Source: Rhizodiscina lignyota (taxonomy: Eukaryota). Taken from it: a DNA stretch of 64,000 nucleotides. Below, in pieces: positions 12,305-25,232 of the stretch (position 1 is its first letter; the number at the start of each line of letters is the position of its first letter). Below the pieces are notes generated by a model, which saw nothing but the letters and a program-made list of their open reading frames with translations, was not told the origin of the DNA and ran no database searches. The position numbers were made by a program, and so were the translations under genes. The stretch is taken from NCBI GenBank assembly GCA_010015805.1, contig ML978121.1, positions 868,001 to 932,000 on the forward strand. Direction: 5' to 3'.

Positions 12305-13237
12305 ATGAGTGCACCGCCCGATCACTGGGGCAACAATTTCACGACTAATCACTCGAGAGCCGAAGGGCCTACCGATCCGTCCAACAACCAGCTCCCTCCC
12401 AACTTCGTAGTTGTGGTCACAGGAGCTGGAAAGGGCCTGGGATATCATATAGCCCTTGCCTACGCCAAAGCCGGTGCCCATGGCCTATGTATCTCCTCAA
12501 GGACTCAGAAAGACTTGGATGATCTGTCTGCAGAGCTGCGTGGCATCAACCCAAAGCTTGACATACTCGCCCGCACCTGCGACACTCGCAAGATCGAAGA
12601 CGTGATCAAGCTCGCAGATGAGGTGAAGGGACGTTTCGGCCGTGCGGATGTTGTCATCGCCAACGCGGGCGTCATTTCGAATTACATCTACGACGGACCG
12701 GACGGCAGTAACCGCCGCCTCCCGATCGGGGTGATCGAAGACGACGACTTCGCACGCGTTATCGATATTAATCTAACCGGCTCATGGCGAGTGGCGCGAT
12801 ACTTCGTGCCTCTTCTCCGAGATACCGAGGACGGAGCCAAGACGTTCATTGTGATCAGCAGTGCCGCAGCGCACTGCGAGGACAGCAAACTGACGCCAAT
12901 AGCGTACAACTTGAGCAAGATAGCAACCAACCGGATGGCAGAGCATATCCATAATGACCATTACGCCAAAGACGGGATCCTGGCGTATGCTGTTCATCCT
13001 GGAGCGGTGGTGACGCCGCAGACGGAGCTGCACAGTACGCAGAAAGGAGATCTATGGGAACGGATTCTGGGTGACGATATCGGGCTATGCGGGGGTTTCC
13101 TGACGTGGTTGACTAAGGAGAGGCGAGACTGGCTGTCCGGGAGGTACCTGCGAGCGAACTGGGATGTTGAAGAGCTGGAGAAGAAGAAGGATGAGATCGT
13201 ACAAGGAGACAAGCTAAAGTTCCGAATGGTCATATGA
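12305..13237 (+). CDS. Short-chain dehydrogenase/reductase (classical SDR)
   Basis: TGAGKGLG, ANAG, catalytic S...YNLSK, HPGAV; intronless. Confidence 0.92.
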   Translation: MSAPPDHWGNNFTTNHSRAEGPTDPSNNQLPPNFVVVVTGAGKGLGYHIALAYAKAGAHGLCISSRTQKDLDDLSAELRGINPKLDILARTCDTRKIEDVIKLADEVKGRFGRADVVIANAGVISNYIYDGPDGSNRRLPIGVIEDDDFARVIDINLTGSWRVARYFVPLLRDTEDGAKTFIVISSAAAHCEDSKLTPIAYNLSKIATNRMAEHIHNDHYAKDGILAYAVHPGAVVTPQTELHSTQKGDLWERILGDDIGLCGGFLTWLTKERRDWLSGRYLRANWDVEELEKKKDEIVQGDKLKFRMVI

Positions 13238-14454
13238 AAGAGTACAATTGCATACTGAATTTCCTTTCACATATTGATTGTATCCACTAAATGCACAACA
13301 TAACGCTTAGACAGGACCCTTTGAGGCTGACCTCGATATTAATATCACAGGATCATTTGGCGTGTTGAACGACGGCTCAATTGTAGTCTGAATTCGCTCG
13401 ATCCTCAGTGCAACAACGGGGCCACAGTATTGCCAGATTGCCAGTATTGTTTGTGGAATAGAGCCGGCGTGCTTGTCGAGCGATCGTTTCAATATAGATG
13501 GAATCCAGTCAAAGCCTGTGGCACAGCTTCTGGAGACCCTCGAGAGTCTACCCTTGATAGTCGAACGGAGAGGCCGCCATACAGGCCAGACGGTGATTGG
13601 ATCATACCTGGAGTCCCTTGATCTGGAGTACAACAACTTGTGCAAAAGCTATGAGATTGCCCCGGGTTCCTTTCCTTCAATTTCTGCACCGGCTGTCAAC
13701 CTTCATTTATAATATATCCAGTATCCGTTTGGTCGGGAGCACAACGGCGTCAACAGGGGCCTGCAAGACCGCCGCTGACTTGTATCTTTGATCCGGGCCT
13801 GTTCGTCAAGCATCTATTCGAATATATGCCGACCTCGTACATGATTGAGCAAATGACTTGTACATTAGCTCTCGAGCTAGCAGCCAGCACTCTTCCAGAC
13901 TTTCAGTTCCGTGCGTGGAGGCCGAACAAAGCCGCTCTCCACAGGTTAAACCCCTTGATTCCAGCAACGATTGGGCGTGTATGCGATTGGATACGGAACC
14001 CACTCGTATAACTAGAGCAGACATGTGGAGTTTCGCGTATTTTACCAGATGCGTGTATTGACGACAGCGAATGCAAGCTGTAAAGTTAGATACCAGGTCC
14101 GAAATCCTAAGAGGGTGCTTGAATTCGACAGTCGAGCGAGGCTGTGCCTAGTTATGTACGGAGTCCCTTCACCCTGTGTAAGACAACTTGTGGAATATAT
14201 ACATTTCACGAAACGTGTGAGGTGAAGGCAGAGTCTCAGACGAGGGGGCAGAATGTCTAAGTCAAAAGCCGCAAAACAGACGAATTCAGACGGTGGCAAG
14301 GCACGTGTGCAGTTGCTCACGGGATCTGATCACGGCATGCACACAAGCTTGTGGAGTTGAAATATTGTAGAGAGAAAGAAGTCATTCCGTTGTCATTCAA
14401 TGGCATGTGAGCCCGTCACCAAAACCGCAAGAAGAGAATCGTGCCCATTGGGCC

Positions 14455-15540
14455 CTACTGCTTCACAACCTCCACCTCCATCTCGTACTCGTCCTCCTCC
14501 AGCTCCACCTTCACGCCTAGGACGCGCTTCTCTCCACTCGTCAACTCCTTCTTCTTCTGCTTGCCAGCAGCCTTGGCAGGGGTCTTGGGCTTCGCCGGGG
14601 TGCCCTTGATCTGCGCGAGCTTCTTGGACTTCTCCTCGTTGTTGCGGCGATTGTTCGCCTTGCGCTGTCGGTTTGTATTAGCAAAACATGGTCATGTTGA
14701 TGATTGGGCGTTGTACATACCGTGAACGAGGCCTTGGGCGCGTTCACAACAATGAGGGCCTTGTGGCCGTCCATCACCTCAATAGAGGCCGACTTCCACT
14801 TCTGCGATGTATTAGAGATTGTGTGGGTGCGATGAAGTTGAGAAGAATGCGACACATACCGAGAGAGTGTTGCAGACTTCCGCCATTCGTTCCTTGAACT
14901 TCAGGCCCTTGTCAGTCGCGCCGGCCTGGTCAATCTGCTCGTTGAGGGATGAACCCTCCAGGTGAAGATCGATAGCAAGCTTCTGTTGAGTGGGCTTTGT
15001 TAGTATAACACAGTGCTTGAATGATAAATGAGAATGGATGACATACGACAACTTGCATCGCGCGCGCCTCATACTCCTCTTCCTTGAATCCACCCTTGAG
15101 GATGCGATTGCCGCGGCGTCCCTCGTGCACAGGGTTGTCCAAGATGCCATCGACGTTCTGCAGAGCCTGCGAGACCTGGGCGGCGTAGGAGGTGAACGCT
15201 TTGTCGCCAGCCTTCGTGCCCAGCTTGGGGACAGTGTTGTCGGGGTGGGGAGGCTTCCAGCCCTTCTTGTTGAGGATGGCTTCGGCATCGGCCCAAGTCT
15301 TGAGCTTGCCGGACCACGGCATGGGATCGCGATTGATGATCAAGGGCTTGCGAAACTATGTTAGTAAGAAATATCGTGGTGAAAAGTGTTAACAAGGTGT
15401 GGAACAAGCGACGTAGCGCCGTCAAATGCTGGCGGCAGCTTGCGCTTAAGACTCACAGAGGCGCTCCTGTAATCCGTCTCGTCGCCGAGGACAGAATCAT
15501 CATCGGCGCTGTCATAGTATTCAGAAACGTTGTCGGACAT
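14455..15540 (-). CDS. Multi-exon hypothetical protein with Lys-rich then acidic C-terminus
   Basis: Exons readable across GT-AG introns: MSDNVSEYYDSADD...; ...NRDPMPWSGKLKTW...EARAMQVV; KLAIDLHLEG...KERMAEVCNTLS; KWKSASIEVMDG...APKASFT; RKANNRRNNEEK...EVVKQ*. Codon usage is coding-like. Confidence 0.7.
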
Positions 15541-17284
15541 GTTGAATGCGTAGGTGCGACGGGAGTGTAGACGTGAGCAGAGCTTGAAAGATCGAAAGCG
15601 GTCAACGCGAAACACCTGAACACTAGCAAGCAATCAGTATTTTGCTCTCGAAAATCGGGCGAAGCGAATAATATCAGCACTGTAAGGATCAGGATGAACA
15701 AGCATGAACGTACCGTTGTATGCTTGAAAACCCGCGCGCACCAGAGTTGTTTCGTGGAGGAGAAGGAGGAAAGGTTGAGGCAACAAGGTGGATTTTTATA
15801 GGCACGCTGCAGAGCAACTAAGATTGCAGAGATCGCACGATCTCCCCATTCGTGTTGAAGTCCCGATTAGTGCTGAAGCAAAATAAACAAGAGGTGTTAT
15901 CAATAGACGACTCTGCCCGACAGTAGCCGAAAGCTTCGTTGAATGGAAGAAACGAACGGCATTCTCTGCACCACAACATAACAACACAAGCACCGTGCGA
16001 GGTGTATAATGAGCAAGTACTGTGCAGCCTAACTTAGGGCCAGTGTGTGGCGCAATCGAGAAGATCATACTAGTCCGAAGGTAAAGTGTTAGTTATTAGT
16101 AGCTTAGGCACTGTCGGGACAGAGTTTCTCGACCAACACTCACTTGGCGGCTAAAGCCGAAACTGGGAGGCGTCTGGCCTAACTAGAGATCGTATCTAAT
16201 CAAATGCAGTGGTTTGAGATAGCAGAGGGCCTGTTCTTTTTCCGAAAACGGTTTAGGACGAAATTGACGATTCGAGACGTTGTCCACTTGTGGTTCTCTC
16301 CTTCATTCTGTTTTTGCCATCTCTTTAGGTAACGACATTCCTGATAGTAAAATCTTCTTGCCGTCTTTCATTCTCAGTCCAAATGCACGTGCGGTCGAGT
16401 GGGTGAGCTGGAGTCTGATGAGCGTCGTCGAGCAGGCGGAATCTTGAGCATCCTTGAGCAGTCATTCTGTCATTTCCGTCCTGTGCTTCTCCACATCACC
16501 TCACTCCGTCTCTTATCTCCTTGATTCTCTCTATTCGAACTTCCAAGGCCTGTTCGCGAATTCACTTTGCACGCGATGTGATAGTGCACCACCAGAACTC
16601 GACCACGTCCACGTCCGTTTCGGCTTCTGCCGCAAATCTTATGCAATTATAGTTAGATCAGACGCAGCAAGATGGAGACTGGATGAAAGAGACTGCCTTT
16701 GAAATGAAGTGCGGTGGAAAGTCGATGATGGGGTAAGCAAAAGGAGGAGATCGACGACAGACTGAACTTTCCGCGACTGCTTCGTCAGGAGTAGATCCAT
16801 TTCCCGGATCTTTCACTTGTCCTACGTTCCATGGGGTAAACTCTTGTTTGCAGAGTCCTCGCTAGATTGATAGAGCCTGAGAGCGAGGTTGACGAGGCAA
16901 ATGAACGTCGATGGAGTTATTCCCGGACTCGGCTTGTCCCGGAGGCCAGCCAGCCCTGCCTAATAATGCAGGTACCAGAGCATTACGCTACAATATCAGG
17001 ATATCACCATGGGCTCTTTTGAATTGCAAGAAAAGAGGAATATCAATATCATTACTTGTCGAATGCTCTATGGGGTATAAGACCTCCTTCCACTTGCATT
17101 GACGCGGGTACCATTACATTTACACAGCCTCCCCCAGTCCGAACGTGTCTGCCAGACCAAAGCATCAGAAAGCCGCAAGAACTTCCTGCCATATGCAAAT
17201 TTTATACATGAATGCGCGCACGAACTCATTTCACGGAAAACAAAAACGCTGGTCTCTGACCGGATAAAAAGACCCCCAAGCGCC

Positions 17285-18503
17285 TTATATTTGCTTCTCT
17301 TCCTTGTAGAAGGTGCTCCGCATGTCCAAAAACTCCCGATGCCGGTCTTCAAACATAGCGCCTGCCAGCGACTTTGCCACAGATGCCATCAGCATGTCCT
17401 GCTTGCTAGTCCAGACATGGCGGACGAAGAGCCCGTAGCACCCTGAGTGGCTCTCTGGAAATCCGTTTGCCTCTGTACATGGCAGCTCACGAATGTCCTC
17501 TTTCTCTTCAAAATCATAGCGAATGTAGTTGCCCATTGCGCCTTGATCTGTCGGCTTTCCCGGGGAATTGTGTTTGAAATTCGAGCAATTCGTGTATTTG
17601 CTATCCTCCTCCGGGCACGATGCCCATGCATCGAGAATGTCATGGGTTCGTGGATTGTTTTGCGCAATGATGAAGCCGGTATTGAGATATCTCCGCCCAA
17701 AACTGTCCTTGTTGTTGTCGGAATTGGGGTCGAGAGCCATGGCAAGGCCCGTTTGGTGGGGGATGATCCGCCAGTAATTCAATAGCCATTCAAAGGGGAG
17801 GTCGAGGTGATAAAAGATTGCGTCGGAATCGACGTAGATGCACACATCGTGCTTTTTAAGGATTTGGGAGATGATAGGCGGTTTTCGCCACGACGGGCGA
17901 CGGTCAGTGGGCGTCTCGGAGCGGATGTAGTAATATTTATAGCCATGTATTTGAGCTGCATGAGCGTTGGTGTCAGGCTTGTGAATACGCTCAAAAAACG
18001 GCAGGTTTCCACTGGGAGCAACTCACCATACATGTAGTGGTTCAGCACACCGGCTGACAAGCCATTTGCGGTGTCAAAATTCCATGACTTTTCGTTGAAA
18101 ATCTGGCCATCTGTGTCTCTCGCCCGATCATCGAGGTCTATAATGCATAATCGCTGGCCGAGAGAATCGGTCCAGAGGGCTTCTCCTTCGCGCTGCCATT
18201 CTTGTCCGCCAAACTCCTTATAACTCTCTGCGTGGACGGGTATCGACGGTGAATGGAGGGCGCGGAAGAGGTCGCGCAGTTCGCTCTTCGAGAAAGGATT
18301 CTTGATCGGCCTGTGAAGTGAAAGGCTCAAATTAGCTTATTCCAGGCGCAAAAGGTCTTGTTTGAGGCGCACCAGCTGTTCGACCTGAAGTCTTGAAAGG
18401 AGTCGGTATGCCGAAGGGAGAGCCAAGCGAGTGTAGCGAACAGGACGAGAGTGATAGCAGCAATATACGGCAGCTTCACCGCTCGTCTGAGTTGTGCAGA
18501 CAT
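17285..18503 (-). CDS. Type II membrane glycosyltransferase (GT34 / Gma12-Mnn10-like nucleotide-diphospho-sugar transferase)
   Basis: N-terminal TM; GVLNHYMY..HGYKY, DxD in YVDSDAIF, LNTGFIIAQN, DQGA, PCTEANG, RHVW; two introns. Confidence 0.85.
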
Positions 18504-20419
18504 AGGGTGCGCTGCAGCGCTCACTCTCAGGTCCACGTTGGGATCTCTGAGCGTGACGATGTGTGATGTTTGAGGTGTGTTCCGCGAGAGGCGCTCTGGG
18601 GATGTGCGACTTTTGGCTTTCTCCCGTGCTCCGACTAGAGGCAGAATTATTATTGAAAACGCGGCAAGGGCTACTAAAAAGGCTCCTGAAGCACGCGGTA
18701 GGGGTAGGTCGTTAAAACGCGGCCGCCAAAGGGAGACGGGGATACGGGCTTTTCATAACTCTCCAGCCACCAGCTAATAGACGGTAGAGCTACGCGACAG
18801 CTTGAGCTTTGATCAGTTCCGGCTTAGAGGATAGGGATTGCAGAGGCGAGCGGGGTGAGTGGCTCTGGGCGAGTAAAGCGCGTGCGACTCCTTTTCTGAG
18901 GCTGTGATGCGCCAAGGAGCCAGCTGCTCGTCCACCCAACCGCGTCCGCTGCAAATTCGTCGCCAAGCACGAAGCGGCTATGTCGGGAGCAGCGTGAAAG
19001 GCCTCTAGTGCGCGCAAAGCAGGTCTAATTCGCCCATTCGCCAAGATTGGCCGTGCCCCATTGCATCAGGAGATTAGTTCCCTGAATCCCTAGACCTCTG
19101 CCGCCCGTTCACCTGCGAAACAAGCCTCGGGCCTCGAGGCTACGACGTGATTCTCTCTCCGCCTTTCACTGTCGTCACTACGATAACTGTGATGTTGAGT
19201 CTGCTGTCTCCCAATCCGGCCCTCATGCATGACCACGCGTACACAACACCTAGCCACGTAGGTCCCCGAACGGAGATCAACCAACGCGCAAGGGGGTCCC
19301 TGAGACACTGCCATATAAAGCCTGCATTGCCCCGCAACCCTGTCAGAATTTTCAGTGCGTATAGCATTCTTTAGCTGTCCAATCCGGCTACGTTGGTGGT
19401 GATCTCTCTACTAAGCATCGCCTATCTTCCTCCCCATGTCACGAGGGCATTCCGCAGCCATTGAGCTCGTCTATTCTTCAAAAGCGCACCAATTACGCTC
19501 GAGGACGACAGAATCCTGTTTCTCAGAAAAGAAAATCGAATGCACAGGGGCTTATACCCGGGCGAGCCTCTCCCGCCACTACAGCTGCAGCAGTCTGCAA
19601 GGCAAGCTGCAAGCCCCTCATGGTCTCGGTGGCGCAGCAGTCTCTGAAACGTCGAAGATCCTCTACCGAAATCGAACGTCAGGTGGCGAGTCTGATGGCT
19701 GAAGAGCCGAATATAACATGTAGCGGAGTAAAATGCGTAAGACGGCATTGTACAAGCGAATCCATCAACTCCAACGATATTTATTTGGCGCGGAAATACT
19801 TGCTTGATGAAAAAACGGAGACCGGAGACAAGGAGAAACTCCGTTGCCCTTGAATACGCCTCTTAATCTGTGCCTGCAGGGCAATCTATCTATCACGTGG
19901 ATTTTCGCCCTGCATCTGAACTCGCGTTTGAAACGTATGCGCCAATTGCGGGTTTTCGAAGAGTTCTCGCACACCAGCAGACTCGCGCCTACTTCCTCAG
20001 CTGGTCTTGGGTAGGAAAACTTGGACGTCCCATCCCGCAGTGGGGACATTCCTCCTGTTGTCCCTTTGCATGGTCGATCTAGATAAAGCGTCCTCCTGGA
20101 ACTTATCGTATAACCAAGTGGCCTCGGTTTAGCACAGATCCAGCTGCCTCTCGTGATCGCACGAAGGACTTCATGACCGAAGACACCTCCGATCAGGAGT
20201 GCCAGGCTCAGGGTCACTAATCATTCATTTCGACGCCTAACATGTTGCGATTTTGGGTCTCGAATAATTATACCGCAAATCCAGCCGCGCTGGACGACGA
20301 GGCAGCACATAGAGAGTCGCCATCGGTATCTTTTTTATGCGGATGCGTAGAGAGCATCAAAGCGAGAGGTCTGGTTCGTGCAGCCTGCTTGACTCAGGAT
20401 CTTGAAGTCAAGATCTTTA

Positions 20420-20457
20420 ATGGGGCGGGACTGAACATGGGGCGGGACTGAACATGG
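20420..20457 (+). repeat. Tandem duplication of 17-mer ATGGGGCGGGACTGAAC (2 copies plus ATGG)
   Basis: Directly visible perfect repeat containing GGGGCGGG boxes. Confidence 0.8.
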
Positions 20458-21178
20458 ATGAAGCATGCACCAAATAAGGTATATCATTTTCTGCGAAGAT
20501 GTCCCTTGTTGGTTCCGCCGTACACTCGTGTGATATATTGGCCTTGAAATCCCTTTCCGCCCCAAGACATCCATATGCAGCCCTGCAGCCCTGCCCAGGG
20601 TATCGTAATGCTGCCATCCCAGAAAACCCCAACTTCTATCCTGCTTAGTTTACGCCCATTAGCCCAAAATCTATAACTTTTCAAAAATGAGTATCTACAT
20701 AAGGTCAAACGGAAGCGCCCTAGGAATCTCCAAAAGAAGTAGCCATCGTCAGGTAAACCTCGCCGCATGCTCCCATTCCGTTCATACCATCATTGCGGAT
20801 CCTCGTGAAAGGAGGGGATGCTGCTATGAGATTCATTCCAGCTCGAGAGCGAACAAAACCAGCGAAGTGATTAATGAGAGGAGTGTAGCCGCGCCGACAT
20901 CCTGTGAATAATACAATAAAGCGCTGTCGAACATAGACGTAGAGCAGCACTCGCAAAAGGACTAGTGACCGTCAGTCAATCAATCAAGCAGACACTTTAT
21001 CAAACGGAAAGGTCTGATTCTCGGGACGTGCATCCAATACTGCCCCGCTCAGCGTAGCAAGGTGTATCGATCGGCCGCAAATCGAAGGGCCTTAACGCAC
21101 GTTTAGCGGATTGTGCAATCCATCGTTAGCTCGGGCTGCCGGACCGATATGGTCTTTTCAAAATCCGAGACGAGTGAT

Positions 21179-24100
21179 TCAAACTTTTTTGGGATCATCA
21201 TCGTACGTATCGTTTGTCGCTCCCAGCATCATCTTCCATACGTTTCCCCCCTCGAATGGCTCGGTATCCACTATGTCTCTGTACTTCTATTAGGTGGGAG
21301 ATTTTGAAGAAGGGTTGTGGCCAATACGAACCTGGAGACAGTTGGGTCATCCTTCCCCAAGCGGTCAAGGCGCTCAAGACGCCTCTTGCCCTCCTTATCG
21401 TTTCCGAAACGAATGAACTGGATACCGACGTTCTTCTGGGGTTGATTGTTCTCGTCGAGAGCTTGGATGAGCGACCTGATACTCTTCTCAGCAGCATCGT
21501 AGCTCTCCGCCTGCCAGACGCCGTCCGTAAATACATAGATTTGAAGTCCCCTGGTAGGTCCGAGCAGCGTTTTGGCTAGTCCAAACCTGTTAAGTTTCCT
21601 TTTGTATTCTGATAGGAGTTTGTCTAGTTGTTTTGGAAGATCGGATTCAACTTTCGAAGGAACAGTGTTGCTGACGAGGTTGATAAGCGGCGTTGTCTTC
21701 TTTTGACCTGACAAACTTTTGGTATTGATCGTGAAACGAAGATCCAAACCATCTTCGTCTAGCCTCTCCTGCTTTATGAGGTATGCAAGTGGCCCAAAAA
21801 GCGTTTTCACGTTCGGCCAATGGGGCTTCATAGAAACCGCGTCGTCGATCAAGAACACCTATTGCATAATTAGCATCCAATCTAGATATGTGCAAACCAC
21901 ACGGGCGACAGGGCCTACATGATTCATCCCACGAAGCTCATTGACAAGATCACTCTCTTCAAGAGATCGACCGTTGCGGGCTGAAGTTGGTGATCTTAAA
22001 ATAGAAGAACTCTCGCGTTTCATCTTTTGATACCACTTCTCAGCTTCAAGTACGGATAAATAGCGGAGGCGTGTAGGGTTTTCGAGGGCTCTGTTCTTGG
22101 AGGAATTAGAGTCTTTCGCTTGATCACTTCCTTCGTGCATGGATAATCCTGTCCGCCCAGCCCTTTCGCCTCTCTTGGACGGGTCTGAAATTGTTGGCAG
22201 ATTCGCTTCTTGGTCGCTGGGAACCTCTATTCGGGGATTTTTCTGGTGTATGAGTTGGGCCTGTTCAGATGGTTGAGCTATGAAAACATCATCTTTCGCT
22301 ACTTCCGTGCTGCTAAGGACGTTCGGGGCTGACCAAGGCGAGACAAGATGGTACTCTTGCTTCGGCTTTCTTTGATGCGCAACAGGCAAAGGCCTTGTAT
22401 AGCCTGAAGTGGCACTTGATTGGGAAGCTTGTGTTGTCATCATACTGTGGTATGCGACAAGGGGCGCCTGACTCGACAGTCCGATGGTGGCATTAGTCGC
22501 ATCAGCATACCCACGGTGGAACCCTTGACTATCAGTAGCCCATGGATGCGAGCCGAATTGCGGTGGATTGTGGTGAGGATCGTAGACTCGGTCGTTTGCA
22601 GAAGAACCTGCTGCGTAGGACAACGGCTCGGGTAAATCATTCTCACGGTCGGAAAGACGATTGTTGTACAACCAGGGCGGATTTCCGTGGGTATGGCCTT
22701 CTTTGAATCTGATAGGCCCTCCATGTTGAAACGGTTCATGAGACTTCCGAATGTCTCGTGTATGGGAGTCTGATAGAACAGTGTTTCTCTGCTTCGATGC
22801 ACTCGCAGGCCCAGGAGGTGGACTGCTAACACTGTTCCGCTGCAAATGAAATGGTGGTGCCATTGGCGGCGGTCCATGGGGCTGCTCGGGGGCAGTGAGC
22901 GCCCTCGTGATCTCCGGTCCTTGCAAGCGGTGGCGCGCCTTTCTTAGAATCCTTTGACATCTTTCATGCAAAAGCTTGGCGGTAGGACGTTCGCCCGCTT
23001 GCAGCATTAAATCTGTTAGCTCGACCACATCACTAGTGATAGGGTCATTTCCGCGAGCGCTAGTCTTTGCTCTCTCAAGCATCTCTTCGACAGTGGCGAG
23101 CCTCTCCTCCCCATTATGGAAGCAATCGTCATCTTTGAAACCATCAATCTTACTTGTCTCAACACGTCGATGCTCGCGATACTGATCAAGCCCTTCTGTT
23201 GTAAGAACAACCCATGCAACAGCCTCACTGAAGACCGCTCCGAGGGACCACACATCGACCTTTGGAGCGACAGGTAGGGGCATTCTTTCAATAAATGAAT
23301 CAGGTCGATAGCACTCCGGAGCGCCTAAGGGAGTATTAGCGAGAGCGAGAATTGAGATGTAGGCACCATTTTACCATATGTTTTACCGCCATGTGAATCA
23401 TTGTCAACCGGAGTGCTCAGATCGTCCACTGCCTTGAAATGGCTGGCTCCAAAGTCCGCCAGCTTAAACTTGCAATGGAATCGACTAGAAGTACCCCCAG
23501 AGACGACAAGGATATTGTCAGGCTTAATATCCTGATGCCAGCTGCAAGGTGTTAGGCATAGTTCATGTGAAGGTAAGAAGAGTAAAAGAGCCCGTACATG
23601 ACGCCTCGTTGATTCTGCCCCTTCTTGACACCATGAATGAACATCAATGCGGTGCACAACTGTAGCAGACTTTCATAGAATGCCAAAATATCTTCCGGTG
23701 TCCGAGGCTCTGACCCATGAAAGAAATCCTCTAACGTACCGCCATCCGCATATTCGAGGATGGAGTGGTAGGAGTCGCCGTGTTGGAAGCTCCCGCAGAA
23801 TTCAATCACCGCGGGACAACCATGACGTTGAAGTAGTGAAAGCGCTGAAGTCTCAATATCGTGGTCCTTTTTCGCTTCTGGGGTGTAGTACGTCTTCAGG
23901 ACTTTGGGTCGTGGGCAATCCTAATCTTGTTAGGAGCGAGCCACAATTCTGAGCATTGAGAATATACCAGTTCATCGTAGCCCCCATATGTCTCGATCTT
24001 GTATACCCTGGCGCTGCTTCCCTGCTTAATTGGGTCTGCATCTCGCGCAAATGGGAGTATTTCGTCCTCATCATAGCGACATTGGCCACGCCGTAACGGC

Positions 24101-24510
24101 TGAGCACAATATTTCCACTGCTCTCGTTTAAATTGGTCGAAGAATTTGTGTGCTTTGGGGAAGCGCTCATGTTCGGATGTGAATGGCAGCTTTTCATCGC
24201 TGAGGTTCTCGAAGATGAAGTGGGTGATGAAGCTCGCAAACTTCGCCTGTTCCGTCTGTAGAAGGATCGCAAACACGGCCGGGAACCTGTTTGCGATGGT
24301 TGGGGCAAGCGATTCCTCGACATGTGTCTCCTGAAGGAGGCTCTTTAGGCGAGAATAATTATTTTCGGAAAACCTAGCCTTCAAAGACGAGGCAGGAAGA
24401 AACGGTTTGGTCGAGTCACCACGAGTCCCAGGAACGCATTCGCGCTCGACCCACCGCAAGTGCTCCTCGACGGCAGGTTTGGGAGTGGCCTCCCCTTGTG
24501 GATCTGGCAT
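21179..24510 (-). CDS. Ser/Thr protein kinase with C-terminal von Willebrand factor A domain
   Basis: Spliced model with 5 introns: QGSSARVYKI, VLK (beta-3 Lys), ILEYADGGTL, WHQDIKPDN, LADFG, TYGAPE, DVWSLGAV; low-complexity linker; VWA VFLIDDAVSM...IYVFTDG...VGIQFIRFG...DIVDTEPFEGGNVWKMMLG; stop at 21179. Confidence 0.9.
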
Positions 24511-25232
24511 GGCGCCCAGGGAGCAATGCCGTGGGGCATTGGCGAAAACGCGTGCTCAGGAGTGGCACAACAGACGAACAGTGCTAATGGATGAGATGAA
24601 TTCAGGATTCGCGCCGGTTTTGAGACAAGAAACCGGTTCATCGAGGCCAGGCTCAGCGCGAGAAAGAGCCTCTCCAATCCCCGCCCACCCGCTTGCGCGC
24701 ATGTTGAGGGCAGGCTGCCGTCCACCTATGATGCGGCCGTGGAGTCCTGCAGGTCTAAGGCTGGGGCGCAATACGAGGGACATCTTTCACCGGTGACTGA
24801 CGTCAAACATGAGATGAATTTTCAGTGCAACTCACACTGTGATCGCTCATACGTGATATGCTGAATGCTCGATAGATGTTGGATTAGCGACTGTCCATTT
24901 TTGATGGCTGACATGAATCGTAAAGCCGTCGTCTACTGCAAGGAATCGGCACGAGCCGATCCCTGGAACCCGGAATGTGGCTGAGGGGCAGTGCTAAGCC
25001 ATTGTAGGGTACATAGGGGTTTGCTGCAGACGATCTTCGTTCTTAGTGTTATGTCGAAGATATATGTGATCTTGATATGCATTAGAGGATGGTACTATAT
25101 ATTCAAATGACATTCGAAATATACGTATAAAAATACATCAAAGAAGCGAAAACATTTGTGAGGGACTGTTGAGTGGCACTACTCCGTACACTCAACTCAA
25201 ATCATCAGATCGTGCAGTCATTGAAGTGGAGG

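Noticed and set aside
13300..14330. Cluster of short ORFs on both strands
   Set aside because: No consistent splice model or recognisable domain.
20420..20457. Direct repeat considered as a CRISPR-like array
   Set aside because: Two adjacent copies with no spacers, in a eukaryotic context; a simple tandem duplication.
18800..20960. Many 70-150 aa ORFs downstream of the kinase-VWA gene, considered as a fourth module member (e.g. a PP2C phosphatase)
   Set aside because: No phosphatase or other motifs found and no coherent gene model.
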